From: Lingula anatina
Lineage: Eukaryota > Animalia > Brachiopoda
Direction: 5' to 3'
DNA length: 64,000 nucleotides
Assembly: GCA_051362555.1 (NCBI GenBank)
Contig: CM120649.1
Coordinates: forward strand, 17,746,567-17,810,566
Positions 27,401-40,072 of the stretch are shown piece after piece (within the stretch, counting starts at the first letter, position 1; every line of letters starts with the position of its first letter). Position numbers and translations under genes: made by a program. The notes beneath the pieces were generated by a model, which saw only the letters and a list, made by a program, of their open reading frames with translations, was not told where the DNA came from and searched no databases.

Positions 27401-30400
27401 TGCCCATCACGAATTCAAAACCATGCAGTAGCACTGCCTCTCAATCACACGTGTATACTTGACACGTTCTTTCGGTTCGAAATATATTGAAAGAACAATT
27501 AACATAATAAATATATATAACCAAAAATATTTTAATTATATATGAAACTTAATTATTTTTCTATTTATATAAAAAAAGACATGATGAAAATTAAATTTAA
27601 TGTAGTGAACTTTTAAGAATTCTACAGACGTAGCTGATGCCCCGAAATCAAGTTATTGTTTTTACAATTACATTTCACATTCAAAAAAGCATTTAAATAT
27701 CTTTAAATCATAGTGTTTTTGCTTTAGCCTTTTCAAAATGTCTTTACATGTTTTGTGTTAGCTAGGATATACCTATATTGAAATAATCCACCTAAAAAAA
27801 GCGTGTTTATCCGTGGTTGTCACATAATAAGCAAAAGAGTGTTTTAAACATCAAACAATGTGAAATAGGGGAAATTTTGAGATCACAGAAGGAAGGTCTA
27901 AAGTTCAAAGGATGGAACGGGCGAAACTCATACACTGGTCTCGAGAACGTGTTTTTATTAAGCATTTTGAATGGCTAGATAAGTAAAGTTGACGCAGAAT
28001 AATTAAAAATCAATCCTTTTTTTTTTTTTTTTTTTTTGTCGACCACAAACCTGCAAAAAGTTTCTCAAATATATCGCCCCTTCTATAAGTACCTTAAAAC
28101 TGTTTCAGGAGCACTTGCCGGAATATTTCCGCCCTTGGGAAATTCTCGGAAAGAAGGCTGCGAAGTTGACAGGCACAGGAGAACTGAAAGACGAAGCTGA
28201 AAAGGTAGGAGAGAGAGGGGGGGCGGAAAGGATATTGAGTGAGGGAATGGGGAGAGGTTGAGGCAGACGTGGCTCCCGGGCGTCCCAGTGGCTATGAGAG
28301 GCAGATTCCAGGTCAAACACTTTCTGAACATAATTATCTTCAACCCTTTTTTACCGGGAAATAAATGTTAATAATATGTTTGTATGTAATTAAATCATGG
28401 GGTAATGTAGGCATATCTGACTTTATCTAATTCTCTGCAACTGATGGAAACTTTCTGCATTGATTTTGTGTACAGGTATGTGCTATTTTCCCTAATAAAT
28501 GGTAGAATTTTAACGGTTTGAATTTCCAACTTCCACGCAATTGCCACTATATTTTCAAGGAGAAATATAATTTCTTCTATGTAATTCATCATGTACAATT
28601 TTCTTCATTCTAACTCGACATAATTTCAAAACTTGCGTGGCTTAATATTTCAGTTACCATATCTGGACTACAATCGTCTGAAGAGTTATGAAGAGTATTG
28701 TTTAGCTTACAGCCTGCTGTCTACAATTGCACACTGTTATGTTTGGCAGGACAGAGATAAGGGCGTGGTACCTGAGGTATGGTTAGTTTAAACTTGGCAG
28801 GATTCGTCTACGTGATGATGTTCTCTATAAGGCTGAGGGTAACTTAAAATGGACGCATTGAATGAACGAATCAAAGAATCGTATAATAATAACAAGAATT
28901 ATGTTGTGCCGAACTGTTGAAAGGTCGCATCTGGAAGAGGTGATCCTGGGATCCTGGGATCCTTGGACCAAATATGGCGGACCATACATGAGAGCAAGAC
29001 TGCCTCATCATCGCCTCCAAACGCACCTTCTCTGCAGGAGCCTAGCAATTAAACCTCGAAGCTGCAATTTAAACCGTGTGGAGGCGGGGAGACCATTAAA
29101 GGATTAGGCGGGCTTGCTTTCAAGTAGGGTCCGCCATATTTGACCCGCAGACTTGTATATCCGAGAATCATCTCTTCTGAATGCGACCTAAGACTTGTGC
29201 GTAGGGCCTATATAAATATTTATGTTTATATATATTGCAGGTTCTTCCGAGGGCTGTCGCTGTACCATGGTACCACGTGTCCCAGTACCTAGGACTTAAT
29301 CCTGTCTACTGCTACTTGGCCTGCATTCTTGCTAACTGGAGGAAGGAATCGGAAGACAGCTGGTTTGTCTATTGTTAAAATTGAAGTCTGGCAGACAGCA
29401 GTACTTACTCTTATTAAAAGTGAAGTCTGTCTAGTTGTAGTAGGCCAAGACCTAAATAAGATCATCGTCTTTATTTGAAAAAAAAACGGTGGTTTGTCAT
29501 GTCACAGATATCTAAATTTTTGTCACTCTTTTAACTTTGTGAATGCAAAGTAAGACGTTTAAATGATACAAATGACAACAGAGATAGTGCTCTTCGATTC
29601 ATAGTTAGTTTTCTTGCGTTAACCGGCGTTTTTACGAATGCTTGATTCTACCTTGTACTGAAATTTACCGTTGCCAGCATCACCTTTGAAATAATTTTTG
29701 CGACATCTCATTTTAGCGACATTGAACTCATTTGCTGTGCACCCGGCAGTCCTAACACCGACTGGTTTTTCATAGTTACAATTCAAATCGAAATTGACTT
29801 TGGCAAGGGAGTCAAGGTACATGTCAAATACTGCTATTATTTTCACGTTTCAGGAGTCAACGAATCCCAAAACTCAAAACTTGTACACAAAAAAAATCCA
29901 TAGCTTAAAAACAAGGATATGTTTTTATTTATAATTAAGGCGTGTATACAGAAGTCATTAAGTGTGACGACGCAGTTTTATACTAGGCAATAGAGGGCCA
30001 CTCTGAGCTTTAGAAATATCTTGTATCAAAATTCTACACTGAAGCATACCCTTGCCGTTTCAAGTTACCTCTGACGAGTTTAGTTAGGCTTGGCTGCGAG
30101 CAATCAAATTTAAACCTTGCCCCTAATTACTCACTGAACGATTTAACCTATAAATGCGAACGAGTTAAAGTCAAATCTGGACCAACCAAAGATTGTGGGG
30201 ATATATTGCGTCACTCTAGGCTCATTGAATATATTTCTAGACCTTCATCCAATCAGCATTTTCACCAAATTTTTGATAACATGGATTAGCTTAATAAACA
30301 AGGTAAAATTAAAATAACTTTGGTCAGAGGTTACTTGGAACAGCAAGGGCATGTTAGTGTAGAGTTTTGCTTCAAGTGATACCTGAACCTCCGAGTGAAG

Positions 30401-33400
30401 AGTGATGAATTGTATGTTGTATCTTAGGACATAATTAGGGCGTATCAGTCTCTGACGATAGGTGATGACGACGGTTTGATAGAAGGTTTGCAAGGGATGG
30501 CTGACACCATTCAGAGGATGCAACAAACACTGTCCAGAATGCACGGTATGTCTGTTTGTCTTTTGTCCCATCTCTCTCTCTCTCTCTCTCTGTCTCAAAT
30601 TGCAATATCTATATTAATATGTGTATTAAAACTGTTTGTAAATATATTAGTAGTTTCCGCGATTCTCAATCAATTATCTTTATTTTTACAGAAAAACAGG
30701 ACCCTTGGACATTTTATCATAAACTTCGACCGTTTTTCGAAGGGTACGTCATGGCAGTTTTGTAACACGAAAACATTACACATTGATTAACGCATTATGA
30801 TAAAGATTATCTCAACAAATCCTTGCTACAAAGGCAAAATGATGTGGAGTTTTGTTTTAAACATTCTTCTGTGTACATAGCATGGGTTTGTGACCAATTG
30901 TTTGACAAACCCTGATGCTCTCAGGTGAACCAACACCTTGAATTGTGACCAGTACGACATATCGTGTAATTTCATAAAGTTGTTATTAAAACTGAAAGAA
31001 AGTGCAGCACACTATGAATCTTTATAATGAGAACGGCATTTACACAAAATGGAACCGCAATTTGCAAAATAATAAGGAATGACAACCAAACATTTCTCTT
31101 GTAGTTGGGGAGCACAAAGCAAATTTCTCCCGGAAGGACTGATATACGAAGGTGTCAGCGATTTACCGTTACATGTAAGTACCTGTTGGCCCTTCTTGGA
31201 CGGAACGAGAACTGAAGTTAGTGCATGCGCAATTTACAGTGTACACTATCAATCCCTGGCGGTCTACCGGTTAGGTCCTTTGATCGAGACAAGTTACGTG
31301 ATGTTAGATTTGCTTGCTATGGTTAGGAATCAAAGTGTTTTAATTATTATTATTTTGCTTTTGAAGTACTTGGGAGCAAGTGCAGCCCAGAGTTCAACCA
31401 TCCAGACCTTTGACGCCATATTTGAGGTCAAACATACGTCAGGTAAGATAAGCTATATCAGTAAATGAGTAAGTGCAACTAAAATTATGAAAATGCTCTG
31501 TACCGTCAACAATGGATTTTAGTTTCTGAATGACCTGTACGAAATAGGCCCACGCAGAGAAGGATAGGCCGTTATCGCTGTGACGAAAAAAAAACATCCA
31601 TAACAACAGACTAGTTTTCTTTTTCTTGTTTCTTTTATTTTTCATTTAGAAGCAGAGCAATATCTCAGAAAAGTAAGAGAATATATGCCTGCAAGCCACA
31701 GAGAGTATCTGTACGCCATAGAAAACGGACCTTCTCTCAGAAATCACGGTGGGTGGAATAAACCTTAAATTAACACGTGTCATTATTGGCCAGCTAGCTT
31801 GTAACCGGTCGATGTGGCACATAAGGTATCCACCAGAGCTTGCCAGTGTTGTCTGTCTGCTGCATAAACACTCAAGCTGTCCCCACGTCCATCCTTGTTG
31901 TTTCATCTTCTTCTCAACGCATCGTCTCCATGGGTGCTTTCCCAGAGGTTTAGATCGATCCAGAGATTAAGATTTAGATCGACCTAACTCCCTGGGGGTT
32001 CACGCTAAATTGCAGTCAGCCGAGCGCGCACCATAGTTAATTAGCTCCTTACAGCTTTTAGTAGGCAGGACAGACATTTAAGCCGGCTAAGCTGACAGTA
32101 ATCTAGTGAGACTCCCCACAAGGATAGATCGATCTAAAATCCATGGGAATGGGCTCCATGTTTTTTTCGGTCTTCCTCTGTGTCTTTTTCCTTCCGGTGC
32201 CCATCTTAACGCTTCTGTTGGAATTGCTTTTTTTTTCTCCATCCTGCTTACATGCCCAATCCACCTCCATTCCACCGCCTTTTATTGCTGTTGCAATTGA
32301 TTCTGTGTTTGTTCTGCGACGTTATTCATCATTGGAAATTTTCTGTGGCCAATAAAATTTGAGTTAAATATATGGTTCGATAAATATTTGATTATTGCTC
32401 CTTTTAGTGAGACTATCTCGCGACGATGGTGTACGGAAAGCGTACAACAAATGCATCCAAGCACTTACCGAGTTTCGATCATACCACTTTACGATTATTG
32501 TTAAGTAAGTATCATGCCTTATATGATTATCAGATACTTAAAATCATCTGTTTTTTTATTGTTAAGTCAAATAAGGACACGTGGAAGTCCGTATGAATCA
32601 TTTTCATTGATCAAGAGAAACGTGACCGTGGTAAGCAAAAACAGCGTCCAGATTGGAGTGGTCACAATCTTATTTCTCTGGTAAATATATAGTGTCTAAC
32701 AATATAACATTATAACCAGAAACGTGATTTCGACTTAAGAATGTGCACAGTTGAAAATTGAAACAAATACACTTTTAAACTGACTTAAGATAAAACAGAG
32801 ATTTCCGTACTTTGAAAAAAAAGGAAATTTTCAATATGATTCAAAAGCTTTACTCCATTTAGCAAAGGGTTTCGTCAGCTATGTTATGTACACGCAATTA
32901 ATTATAATTATAATAGTTATTGTAACATATCACTTCTTCACATTTGTAGATATATTTTACTGCAGTCGTACAAGAAAGATGGAGAGTCACGTAATATCAC
33001 GGAGGCCCAAGGGGCAGGCGGGACATGTAAGTAAATTGAAAAGAAACGTAGGCAACACTCACGTTGAGCGAATAGGAAACAGAGTAATACTACATACAAG
33101 ATGGCAGCTATTATCACTTATGTATTCTTTGAACCGTTGGGATGGTGCAATGTCCAATATTTTCTTCCTAATTCTGTTAAATCATTTTCATGAAGGCCTT
33201 TGGCAACAGAGGATCTTGGTTGAATACAATAACATAGCTATTTGGAACTGACATTGTTTTCAGATTTGATCGCCTTCCTCAAATCGACTCGAGACCAGAC
33301 AGCCAGATGTATCCTTGGCGACAGCGACACAGGACACGTGACATGGCAGGCAGACGACAGGGCTTTAGTAGGCCTGAAAATGGAAGAACGTTCATCTCTT

Positions 33401-33445
33401 CTGCACCCAGGGACCGACTGCATCGTCAAATCAAAATCAGATTAA
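24470..33445 (+). CDS. IDO: Indoleamine 2,3-dioxygenase family protein (IDO / IDO-like myoglobin), copy 1, 13 coding exons, ~437 aa
   Basis: Exons 24470-24571, 28109-28204, 28654-28776, 29241-29362, 29717-29816, 30428-30545, 30692-30743, 31105-31174, 31367-31442, 31650-31748, 32408-32504, 32950-33026, 33264-33445; all GT-AG and in frame (1314 nt). IDO motifs: VGFLVENP, LPEYFRPW, YVWQ, VLPRAVAVP, ILANW, WFFIV, LRPFFEGW, GLIYEGVS, GASAAQSS, EYMPASHR, FRSYH (proximal His), GAGGT. Confidence 0.93.
25675..25842 (-). mobile_element. MITE family C
   Basis: TSD GCTAC. Confidence 0.8.
26687..26935. mobile_element. MITE family B (near-palindromic, TTA TSD, PIF/Harbinger-like), internally deleted copy
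   Basis: GGCTGCGTTCACATGAAAAATCTA…TAGATTTTTCATGTGAATGCACCC flanked by TTA/TTA, with long inverted arms. Confidence 0.85.
27238..27316. repeat. 40-bp direct tandem duplication
   Basis: ATCTGCAAGCTACAGCGTC(C/T)TTTTTGTCTAATAACAAAT(T) occurs twice. Confidence 0.85.
28922..29189. mobile_element. Old TIR element in IDO copy-1 intron 3
   Basis: AGGTCGCATCTGGAAGAGGTGAT…ATCATCTCTTCTGAATGCGACCT with inner inverted AAATATGGCGGACC/GGTCCGCCATATTT; only its right end persists in copy 3 (~49905-49943). Confidence 0.6.
31797..32350 (-). mobile_element. 5'-truncated RTE-clade LINE fragment (C-terminal region), split by MITE A
   Basis: Minus-strand peptides WRWIGHVSRM…EALRWAPEGKRHRGRPKKTW / RRCVEKKMKQQGWTWGQLE are typical of RTE-clade ORF ends. 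Confidence 0.8.
31932..32156 (+). mobile_element. MITE family A inserted in an RTE fragment
   Basis: Same core, TSD CAT. Confidence 0.8.
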
Positions 33446-35867
33446 GAGATCTTTAAAGAAAGACATTAAAAGTAAAATCTATGTGCTCTGAGATAGAAAA
33501 CATCCACCGTAAATGAGGTCATAAACAGTTCATGATGCCCCGTAAGCAGAAAAAAAAACTGTGAAACTAAAAGGTAGTCGTGTTTACCAGAAATTTAAAA
33601 AAGTTTCAGTTTTTAAGCTAACTTTGACTGACGGAACGACTAATGAACTTTCTCCTTTAGCATGTTGACTTAATTTGACTTTTTTGTGATCGTGCATTTC
33701 CCTACCGATATACTCTTCCCGTGCGGGGAACGCGCAATTAAATTAAATTAAATACTGCGCACGCCAGGTGGAGAGCCCAACGTCCCTACCTAATCTCTAA
33801 TCTGACGTGCACACGGGTAATGAACAGAGCTAGAAGACTAACGAACTGAACTGAATGCAACGATCAACAGTAACACTCAGTACGTAGAAGTAGTGGATGC
33901 GTTAGAGTCGCAAAAGTAATTGGAAGTAGTGATTTGCATGCGTGACATCTGCGCTCGCTGACTATTTATATTGTAATTGTTGCAAATAGATATGTTTGAA
34001 TTGATGATTGAATTTGACTATAGAATTTGTACCCTTCCCAAGGAGGTGAGAGCGACTATAGAGTGCAACAGGGCCAAAAAAATGACCAAGCTTAAACAAG
34101 TTTCATTAAAAAATGAATAAATAAGTAAATAACTATATATATATACTATATAACCCTTCGGGTTGCAATATTTCAATAAAAATTATTATTATATTACAAA
34201 TATATGTTCACAAATATATGGATCCTCGGATCTTAGAAGTGTACGTGACAAGCATCATACCTATCATATTATGTAAGTACTCCTTGTGATAATGCTCACA
34301 TTGACACAAAAGAAATGTTCTTTTAATTGTACAAGTCCCACATTAACGTTCACTTAGAACTAAAGAAGTATAGAGCTTAAAGATATCGAGCAAACTTAGG
34401 TTTGCATCATATGAAAGCAGTGGGCACCGTACCAACGGTACGTAATCAATCTCAAAACATTGTAACTCCTAATCAAAACCAATATAGTCTATTGTTTGTA
34501 AGGAACCCTTATATTAATAGTTATGGTAACTGATGTAAGCTTTAAAGATATACTCAGACACAATTTTAATTGGAATTCACTTTATAATGCAATCTGTAAC
34601 TGATGCAAAATAGTATGTTAATTTTAAATCTACAATCTCTCAGCTAGAAAAGTTAATTTAAAATGCATTGATGGAAGATATGAAATGTATATACAAGTAA
34701 GTATATATAAGCGTGGCAGGTAGCATGTCACTTATAGATGTTAATTTTAAATTAAGATAAAGCATAAAAGAGGTGTCAGAAAGAGACACATGGAGAAAGA
34801 GATACGTACTGTAGATAGACAGCGAGATAGAAAGATACTCATAGAAAGAGTTACAGTTTTATGCAGTGAAATATTTGTGCTTTGCAGAACAATATCATAG
34901 AGACTATGCATATAAATTATGTACCTGCACGTAAGAGATAGAGCGCAAGGGCAAAATGGGAACCATCCGTGACAGCCCAAAGTCTCATAAATTAGTTTAA
35001 AAACAAGCGAGATATCGCGGGATTATTAGGAGGTGCGCTCTGTTCAGATATAATTTCAGATTTATTCAGTGCATTTTTGATAATGACAGAACATAGTGGT
35101 GGATTGAGAAGATTCTGAGAGATCATTAGGTAACCGTGTTCATAGGATGTCACTGGGTACCTTGAAAAGGTATTCCAAGTCTCTAAGTATCTACATGGTA
35201 TGTACCGAGGACATTATATGGAGCTCTGAAAAGGGTATTCAGTGATTAATACGATTGAGGTGTCTCGCCTGTAATCGTGGACCAAGGTAAACATGGCAAT
35301 GTAGTGGCACTGCCTGTCGGGAGAAACGCCAGATGGACTGGTTGCAGAGAGAGCTTTTCGGTCAACAAGTGACCTTCATCAGCTGCAAATCCAAGGGAAA
35401 AATAAAAAAGGGGGAAAGGGGGGTGGTCGGTTAACAAAGATGTCTCGCCTTAATTTGTCCGGTGATTTTTTCATCAATGGCATCTCACCATTGTGAATGA
35501 CAAAGCCATCTCGGCTTTATAGTATCATGCTTGATCACAAGTGTCTCGCTTGTGTCTCGTGTCAAGTTGGATGGTTATCCAGAATCACCGTTTTTCTGAG
35601 CTGCTGTGTTTGGGCGGTGTCTGCCAAAAACTCAAGGGATACGAGCTAGAAGGTAAGCATTTAACATGTAAACGGCTCGGGAGTCGAAGGTCGGCTGAGG
35701 ATTTGAAAATTTTTGTCATAGGTGAAAGCGAGGCTGGCGTCTGATTGGTTGCTTAGCTTTGAGTTTTGGTCCCTGTCATGATGTATGTTGATATGACTGG
35801 TGCCAATACGGCATTTTGAATTATTACAGCACCCTAGTCCACTGGTATCGTCCTGAGAACTGACAAA

Positions 35868-38800
35868 ATGGATGACTGGTGGAAACGTTTGAAAGACTTC
35901 CGTGTGTCGGAGAGGGTTGGGTTCTTAGTAGAAAATCCAGTGGTAAGTTTAACCCATTGGAAGTTAGGATATGTTATTAGAAAATCAGTTGGTATTAGGG
36001 AGATGTTCATTGTCCTAGTTCGTTATATGGTCGAACAGGCCTTTGTGATTTTAATTATATGCATCTTTCTTTCTTACTTTTGGAAAACTTTGTGAATAGA
36101 TTTTTGCTTTAATTGCCCATTGGAATAATTGAATAGGGGGATATATTAATATTCTTTATAGTTACCATGACGTTTATTTGCGATTTTGATACTTTTCCTT
36201 TCTGTTTTAAATACATTGTTCACCAGTGTAAATGTAACCCAAGAACGTGAATGTCAGTTATTATCTGTTTACAAACTATATACAACCTATATTTCTGAGA
36301 ACTAAAGAAAAACCCCACACTGTCCCACAGCAACTATCACCAAAGAAATCAGAGCGACATGTATACCAAAAGAAGAGTATATCAAAGTCAACGAAAATTT
36401 TGTCCGTATAATTCAGGCGTGCCTTCAGAGGAACGGCATATTCTCTTAATGACAATAAAACTTTTGTCAAAAAAGCCAGCGGCATGTTGTTTGTAGCAGT
36501 AGATTTTCTAACTTCTGTCGTCTTCAGAAACCCTTTAACAGGGCCGCTGATTAATTATGTGCACTTTTCTCTAACGTGAGTAGAGAGAAGTGTCATGAAT
36601 TAACCAGAGGCATATGTGTTGAATAAAGGGGTTAAAACTATCGGTTATGTGCCCATAAAAGCATTTTTGATCAATTAAAAAAGTAATTACATTTTATACT
36701 TTTTACACGGATTGAATTGAATCTAGTTTAAGATATGCCCGCGTGGAGGCGCCACGATGATGTAGGCTATATAGTGACGTAAGCAGCGTGTGAAGCCATT
36801 CCAGTCGATTCGGGTGAGGTTACTTAAACTCCAGTCTTGCAAGTATTTTCACACACAAAAAGAAAACCCTGAACCTGGATATTATTTTAAAACAAACACA
36901 AATAAACACTATACAGTTCTATGTTTACAGTAAAAGTTAGGTAGTAGAGCAGTTGTAATAGTTTTTCACACGTGTCAGACCTGTCACCCGACATGTACGT
37001 GCTTCATTCCGAATTACACGAGTAGGAAGTACCTTAAAATACAAAGGTTTGGCAGATGGTATAGGTTTTTACACCTGTGGATCCTACTGCCGCCTGTCAG
37101 GTAAGCCAGGCAAGTCGACAAAGACAAAAAATATAGGGTTGCTATCAGCTTACATATTTTTCACACCTTTGCAACTTTTACCGGTACTTCCGTCTTACAC
37201 GTGGTCAGTGCAGTAGTGCGCCGAGAAAAAAATTTGAAAACCAGTTACATGTATATTCAAGTTTTCACAAATACACCTAACAATTCAACAACATACTTCT
37301 GCTGCGGACTGCTTTTGAGCTCTAAATTACTACTATCCCTTTCGGCGGCTGCATTATGCGCACTTCCACTCTCCTTGGCAGCGCTCTGGCATTAAAAGTC
37401 GAATTAACTGGAAAGAGCATCATCTCTGAATTTTCTCCTTGCTTTTCCACCACGACATTCAGCTCGCAGGTCACTCAAACAGCTTCTAACATGTTTGGTC
37501 ACTTCGATGGGGTTTTTAACTTTTTAACTTTTAACTTAAAAGGCATTGATCAAATATGACTGTTGTTGTCTCCGAAGGTAAGACAAAATAGATGAGGTCT
37601 TTCTAATTGTATCTTTGATTATGGCACCCGGGTGCAACACAAGTTTGCGACGTTTTTATTTTTATTTTTATTTTTTTGACACCTCGATTTTTGGTCAGCT
37701 GCAAAGTGGTATATGTTGCCCAAATCTATCGTCCTTTCGAATTTTGAATTGTTTTAGGAACATCTGTCGGAATATTTCCTTCCTTGGGAAATTCTTGGAA
37801 AGAAAGCTGCAAAGTTGATGGACACAAGAAATCTGAAAGATGAAGTTAAAAAGGTAGTGCTGAAGAAAAAGTTTAATGCCACCAACATGAGGCCATGAGG
37901 GGCAAAACAAAGACCAAATACCATTTGAACATTTATATACATAAATTAACCGCCTTTTCATCCGTTTCATATGTGTGTAATCCGACTATGGAATAAAACT
38001 GTCATAGCCCTATTAATGTTAGAATTTCTTTCATTCAATTTCTGTACCACTCTAGTTTAAATGAGAAACATGATTATTTCTCTATAAATTATCATCTAAA
38101 GTTTGACTGATTCTAACTCGCCATAATTTCCCAACTCGCCTTAATATTTCAGTTACCATATCTGGACTACAATCGTCTGAAGAGTTATGAAGAGTATTGT
38201 TTAGCCCACAGTCTGTTGTCTACAATTGCACACTGTTATGTTTGGCAGGACAGAGATAAGGGCGTGATACCTAAGGTATGATTAGTTAAAACATGGCAGT
38301 GTTCATCCACGTTCTCTATCAAGCTTAAAGGGATAATAACTCTTTGTATGAGATCTATATTTCACAATAAAAACAATGTGAATAACTCATAGAAATATAA
38401 TATATTCTGTTTTACAAAAAAAAAAAAAAAACAAAAAAAAAACAAAAAACAAAAAAAAAACGGCAGTTATAGCTATTATTCTGATATCTGAGCTTGTCTT
38501 TAGACCACTTGACCTCCATTGATGGCTGTACTCTGTTAAAATCTCTTAAGACCAAACACAAGACCAAACTTTTTAGGAACAAACCAGGGACTAACTTTGA
38601 ATGTAAAAATGGATTCATTAACCATTGGTAAGTATGGGAAAATTGTTGTTTACTCCAGGAAAATTCATTTTTTGGCCGAAACGAACAGTTATTATCCCTT
38701 TAAGGAAACGTTTAAAAATACACCAAGAATGAAGAAATCAGAAGAACGAGTGATGGCAAGAAGTGTGGTTTATCACAAGATTTTAAGAATTGTTTAATTG

Positions 38801-40028
38801 TATGAGTAAAGATATTATATTATATTATATTATATTATATTATATTATATTATATTATATATGCAGGTTCTTCCGAGGGCTGTCGCTGTACCATGGTACC
38901 ACGTGTCCCAGTACCTAGGACTTAACCCTGTCTACTGCTACATGGCAGGTATACTGGCTAACTGGAGGAAGGAATCGGAAGACAGCAGGTTTGTCTCTTG
39001 CTTAATGTGAATTCTAAGACAGCAGGTGCTGTATGTATTTCTTCACTTTGTCTCTTCACGGCGCTCACTCTCTTCATATTTTGATTTTGCCTTTTGTAGG
39101 AGTGAATCCGGAGTTTTAATTGACAACAAGCAAATCAGGCGCTAGTAAGAACAGATGTACTAGGTTCAGACCTTTACAAGTCCACCGTCTTTATTCAAAA
39201 TATGGTCGTTTCTCCTGACATTGTATTTGTCACTATTTGAGATGCGTGACTGCAAGCTGAGACGTGTATTTGATACAAGTGACGTTGCTCTACGACTTAG
39301 ACTAATTTTTTAGCGTCAACCGGCGTTTTATGAATGTTTGATTATACTTTTGTTGAATGTATAATGTGATAATTTTGACGAAATTTTATTTCAGCGACAT
39401 TGAACGTATTTGCTGCGCACCCGGCAGTCCTCAAACTGACTGGTTTTTCATAGTTTCTGTTCTAATCGAAATAGACTTTGGCAAGGGAGTCAAGGTACGT
39501 TTAAATTACTGCCTTTACTGTCAAGTGCAGTCGCTCAGGAATAAGTTGATCCAACAACTGACAAATAAATATCCTAAACACTCGTTTGTATAGGTTGGAT
39601 TCTGTTTCCAACTGTCCTATCTTGCTCAAATAATTTGGTTTCTCTTTCGTCACCCACTCTTAAGCACTCAATACAAAAACACGTGCACCACGCATAAGCA
39701 CAAACTCGACTCAAAAGGCACGCGTACGGTTACGGTTTTACTGTTGAAGGGTACGTCAAATGGGCAGGACAGATACTTATAAATAAAAGTATCCATACTT
39801 GAAAAAGGCGTATATACAGAAGTCGGTACTTATATGTAGGTAAAGACATAGTTTTGCACCAGGTTTGAGTGTTATTTTATATTTTAGGATATAATTAAAA
39901 CATATCAGGCGTTGACGACAGGTGATGACGATGGTTTGATAGAAGGTTTGCAAGGGATGGCTGACACCATTCAGAGGATGCAACAAACACTGTCCAGAAT
40001 GCACGGTTTGTCTGTTTGTCTTTTTGTC

Positions 40029-40072
<44 letters not shown>

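Noticed and set aside
24470-33445. Calling copy 1 a pseudogene because of ATG-to-GTG and an earlier stop
   Set aside because: An in-frame upstream ATG exists, the stop trims only the last ~8-10 tail residues, and all other exons are intact.
33590-33880. Copy-1-specific insert ending near a CTAG (Helitron-like?)
   Set aside because: No clear terminal hairpin or 5' TC boundary could be defined.
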